A stretch of 63,854 nucleotides of DNA, filler included, from Klebsormidium nitens (taxonomy: Eukaryota; Plantae; Klebsormidiophyceae), in assembly GCA_000708835.1 (NCBI GenBank). It is 7 parts of 7 records of this genome, joined end to end, with 100 filler letters (N's around TTAATTAATTAA, not from the genome) between each part and the next. Parts side by side here need not be neighbours in the genome. Positions count along the whole stretch, not along the records: positions 58,526 to 63,854 come from DF238431.1; 6 more parts are not named here. One strand, given 5' to 3'. Numbering within the stretch: position 1 is the stretch's first letter; every line of letters begins with the position of its first letter. Position numbers and translations under genes: made by a program. The notes below the pieces were generated by a model. It saw nothing but the letters and a program-made list of their open reading frames with translations. It searched no databases and was not told the DNA's origin. This document shows, piece after piece, positions 61,337 to 63,854 of the stretch.

Positions 61337-63082
61337 TCACCCCGAGCTGAGACCCCCCCCTGTCCTGTCTGCCGTCAGGACAGCGCGCGCCTCCGCCCGC
61401 GCCTGACTGGCCGCCTCACCTATGACCTGGCCGCGCACCTCCGGCCTGCTCCCTCTTGCCTGTGCACTGACGGCCACCGCGAAGCCCTTGGGCAATCTGT
61501 TGAGCCCCTGCGGGGCCACGTGGCGACCGTGGTCGGGCAGCTTCACCAACCGCTCCCTTGCGGCTGCCTTGTCCCTGCGCGCCTTGAGCGCCTCTGTCGC
61601 CGCCAGGTCCACCGGAGGAGCGATTTTTGCAGTCCCAACAGGGCCCCCCACACTGTTTCCCTGTACTCCCCCCTTGACAGCTAAACCGCTCTGCGCTCCT
61701 GGCCCCCCGCTGCGTGCCGCCCTGGTTGCTCTGGCCTTCTCCGCGCCTGCGCGGGTCCCGGCTGCTGCCATCACAACGGGCAACCCCTCCTGCTCAAACA
61801 ACGGGAGCGCCACCGCCCCCAGCCCGTATTCCAGCTCGTCCCACTCGCAGTCGTCCTCGTCCGTTGGCCCCTCGACCTGCGCTGCGACTGCCGCCTGTGA
61901 CATGGCGCGCCAGTCTTGGAACGCCTTAAACTCCGCCGCGCTAATGTCCCCTCCGAACGTGCCCCCGCCTGCGTTGGTGGCCGCAGCTGCAACCACTGGG
62001 GCGGCCCGCTTGGCGCACTGGGCCGCCAAGTGTGTGGTTTCCCCGCACACAAAGCACGACCTGGGCCCCCGACCGCCACCTCCTCTGCCACCGGCTCCCT
62101 GACCCCTCCCGGAGCTGTTCCGTCTTGGGTGGGGGCAACCGTTGCGGTAGTGCCCTACCTCCCCACAGTTGTGGCAGGCCCCCGAGCCTCCACCAACTGC
62201 GGGACCGGCCGCACCCAGCTGTACCGGCGCTGCAACCGCGGCAACGTGTGCAGCCGCCGGCTTCTGCCCCCACCGCGCCCTCGATGTGTCAGCCACTCTT
62301 GGCACCAACTCCCGTGCGATCCGCAACCTGGCGTTGATGGACTGAACCCTCAACGCAGCCTTGTACGCCTCGTCTAACGTGTAGGCGCCACCCGGCTCCG
62401 ACTTGGTTGCTGCCATGGCCTGGGAACTAGTCTGCTCCGCCAGCCGCCTCTCCAAGCTCGTAATGAACTTGGTGACCAGCTCCTGATCAGCATCTTGCTT
62501 GTCCAAGTCAATTGCCAACCCTTTCAACCTGAACAGGAGTGACGGCAGCTCCTCCCCCGGCTCGCGTCGGAAGTCAACCCACTCCTGCGCCTTGCCCTCC
62601 TTCCGATCCTCGAAGTGACGCTTGAGCGACTTCAGCAGCGCCCCCATAGGGTCCGTCTCCGTGCAATGCTCCTCATACTCCCGCTCATGCGCCAACTTCG
62701 CCGGGTTGTCAAGGAACTCACCGAGGTAGATGCAGTACCTGCCGTTAAACTCCGCCCCGTCTACTGGGTTCCCAACATCCTTCTGAAGCTTCTTGAAGCG
62801 GTCCTGCAGGCTTCCCTTGACCATCAACTCAAATTGCTTCAAGGTGAGCCCCTCACCCTTCTTGCCCGAAAACCTCTGCCGCCCCTCCAACCCCGTGCCC
62901 GAGGCCATGTCAACCTCCTCCTCTTCCCACCAGCCCCCTTGGCTTGCCTGCACCTCCTCCCGCGATCCGCTCCTCCGCAACTGAGCCCTCACTCTCCGCG
63001 TTCGCCGCTTCGGTGCTCTGCGACACCGTGTCATGACCTCCCTATACCGCGCTGCCAGCTGAGACCTAGTCTCCACTGGCAT
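61337..63082 (-). CDS. gag: gag (capsid-like domain plus two CCHC zinc knuckles)
   Basis: RQRFSGKKGE, DFRREPGEELPSLLFRL, KFITSL, YTLDEAYKAALRV, CHNCGEVGHYRNGC and CFVCGETTHLAAQC. Confidence 0.85.
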   Translation of the reverse strand: MPVETRSQLAARYREVMTRCRRAPKRRTRRVRAQLRRSGSREEVQASQGGWWEEEEVDMASGTGLEGRQRFSGKKGEGLTLKQFELMVKGSLQDRFKKLQKDVGNPVDGAEFNGRYCIYLGEFLDNPAKLAHEREYEEHCTETDPMGALLKSLKRHFEDRKEGKAQEWVDFRREPGEELPSLLFRLKGLAIDLDKQDADQELVTKFITSLERRLAEQTSSQAMAATKSEPGGAYTLDEAYKAALRVQSINARLRIARELVPRVADTSRARWGQKPAAAHVAAVAAPVQLGAAGPAVGGGSGACHNCGEVGHYRNGCPHPRRNSSGRGQGAGGRGGGGRGPRSCFVCGETTHLAAQCAKRAAPVVAAAATNAGGGTFGGDISAAEFKAFQDWRAMSQAAVAAQVEGPTDEDDCEWDELEYGLGAVALPLFEQEGLPVVMAAAGTRAGAEKARATRAARSGGPGAQSGLAVKGGVQGNSVGGPVGTAKIAPPVDLAATEALKARRDKAAARERLVKLPDHGRHVAPQGLNRLPKGFAVAVSAQARGSRPEVRGQVIGEAASQARAEARAVLTADRTGGGLSSG

Positions 63083-63769
63083 AGGAGGAACTTACTCTCC
63101 TAAACCCTATTGCCTTCTCCCTGCTCCCAGGCCACCTCACCCGGGACCCTTGCTCTTCACACTCTGTGTGCTCTGGTGAATCCTCCCCCAGGAGGACTAA
63201 CCACCGCAACCGTCTACACACGTGCCACAGCGCCACCCAGCGATGATGAGCGCCTACCGCTGCCTTCGCCGCGATCACTTCTAGCACGTCCCGCGGTAGG
63301 TCCAGCAACTGAGTGGCTGTGTTTGCGCCCTCCCCCGCCAGCTTCAGTCCAGCTGGTCGATTGCCCCTTCCCCGGGTGATCTTCCCGTCTGCGCCCCTGA
63401 CCGCGCGGCCTGCCTACTCTCCCAGCGATCCCTGGCGCTGTCACTCCAGCACCAGCTGCAGCGCAGCTCCTGCGAACCACCAGCTCCCCACGCCCGCACC
63501 TGCTCCCGCCCGTCTGCCACTTCAAACCCCGCAAACGCCTCGTCGCTCTCCGGAGCGTCACAAATGACGCAGTCTGTCAAGCAACCACTCTGGGACAGCG
63601 GCCAGTGGTCAGCCGGGTCTACCTCAAAGCCCAACCTCTCTGCTGCTTCTTGGTTGTTTGCCAGAAAGTTTACCCACAACTTTTCACCGGGCAACCCAAC
63701 CCACTCAGCTGCAAACGCTTCCCACCTCTGCATAAACACGCCCCAAGCTACAGCTTCCTCACGGTCCAT
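63066..63769 (-). CDS. Extra ORF upstream of gag: CxxC/CxxC Zn-ribbon part plus F-box-like part
   Basis: 63769-63344 contains DCVICD...RCSWCW. A shifted frame continues QLLDLPRDVLEVIAAK...WVALWHVCRRLRWLV, ending over the gag start. Confidence 0.45.
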
Positions 63770-63854
63770 GCACCACAGCCGTCACCAACTGACACACCCT
63801 CAGGTCAAGGCAAAGGGGGCACTTTCCAAGGCTTACGTACGCGACCTGAAGCGG

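Larger units (their letters stand above)
58527..63854 (-). mobile_element. Gypsy-type LTR retrotransposon carrying a C5 DNA methyltransferase (partial; RT not visible, truncated by a gap)
   Basis: One reading frame 63082 to 58527 contains gag with two CCHC knuckles, protease and DNMT, interrupted only by four in-frame stops. Confidence 0.85.

Overview
Eukaryotic, transposon-dense genomic window with assembly gaps (N runs with the TTAATTAATTAA linker), most likely from a streptophyte alga of the Klebsormidium type. That assignment is inferred from the spliced RLK/Pelle kinase and the DNMT-carrying Gypsy element. Left to right: (1) a decayed Academ-type DNA transposon with an XPG/PIN-like tail; (2) a nest in which an old Gypsy element is split by a complete young PIF/Harbinger element (27-bp perfect TIRs, TAA TSD, transposase plus Myb/trihelix gene) and cut off by a second Gypsy element; (3) two diverged tail-to-tail Gypsy-like elements that share an unusual layout: gag-Zn-protease, then a -1 shift at the same AAAAAC site, then RT-RNaseH, then a stop, then a stand-alone integrase ORF; (4) a ~3 kb palindrome-bearing tandem array next to three paralogous intronless virus-like ORFs; (5) the only clear host gene, a multi-exon receptor-like kinase with a CBM14 (peritrophin-A) chitin-binding-type ectodomain; (6) an intronless virus-like block containing an IS630/Tc1 transposase, a truncated Fanzor1-like ORF, an HNH-like protein and a shared promoter motif; (7) a Gypsy element encoding a C5 DNA methyltransferase after the protease. 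No rRNA, tRNA or CRISPR array was recognised. All family assignments are motif recognition by eye; no searches were run.
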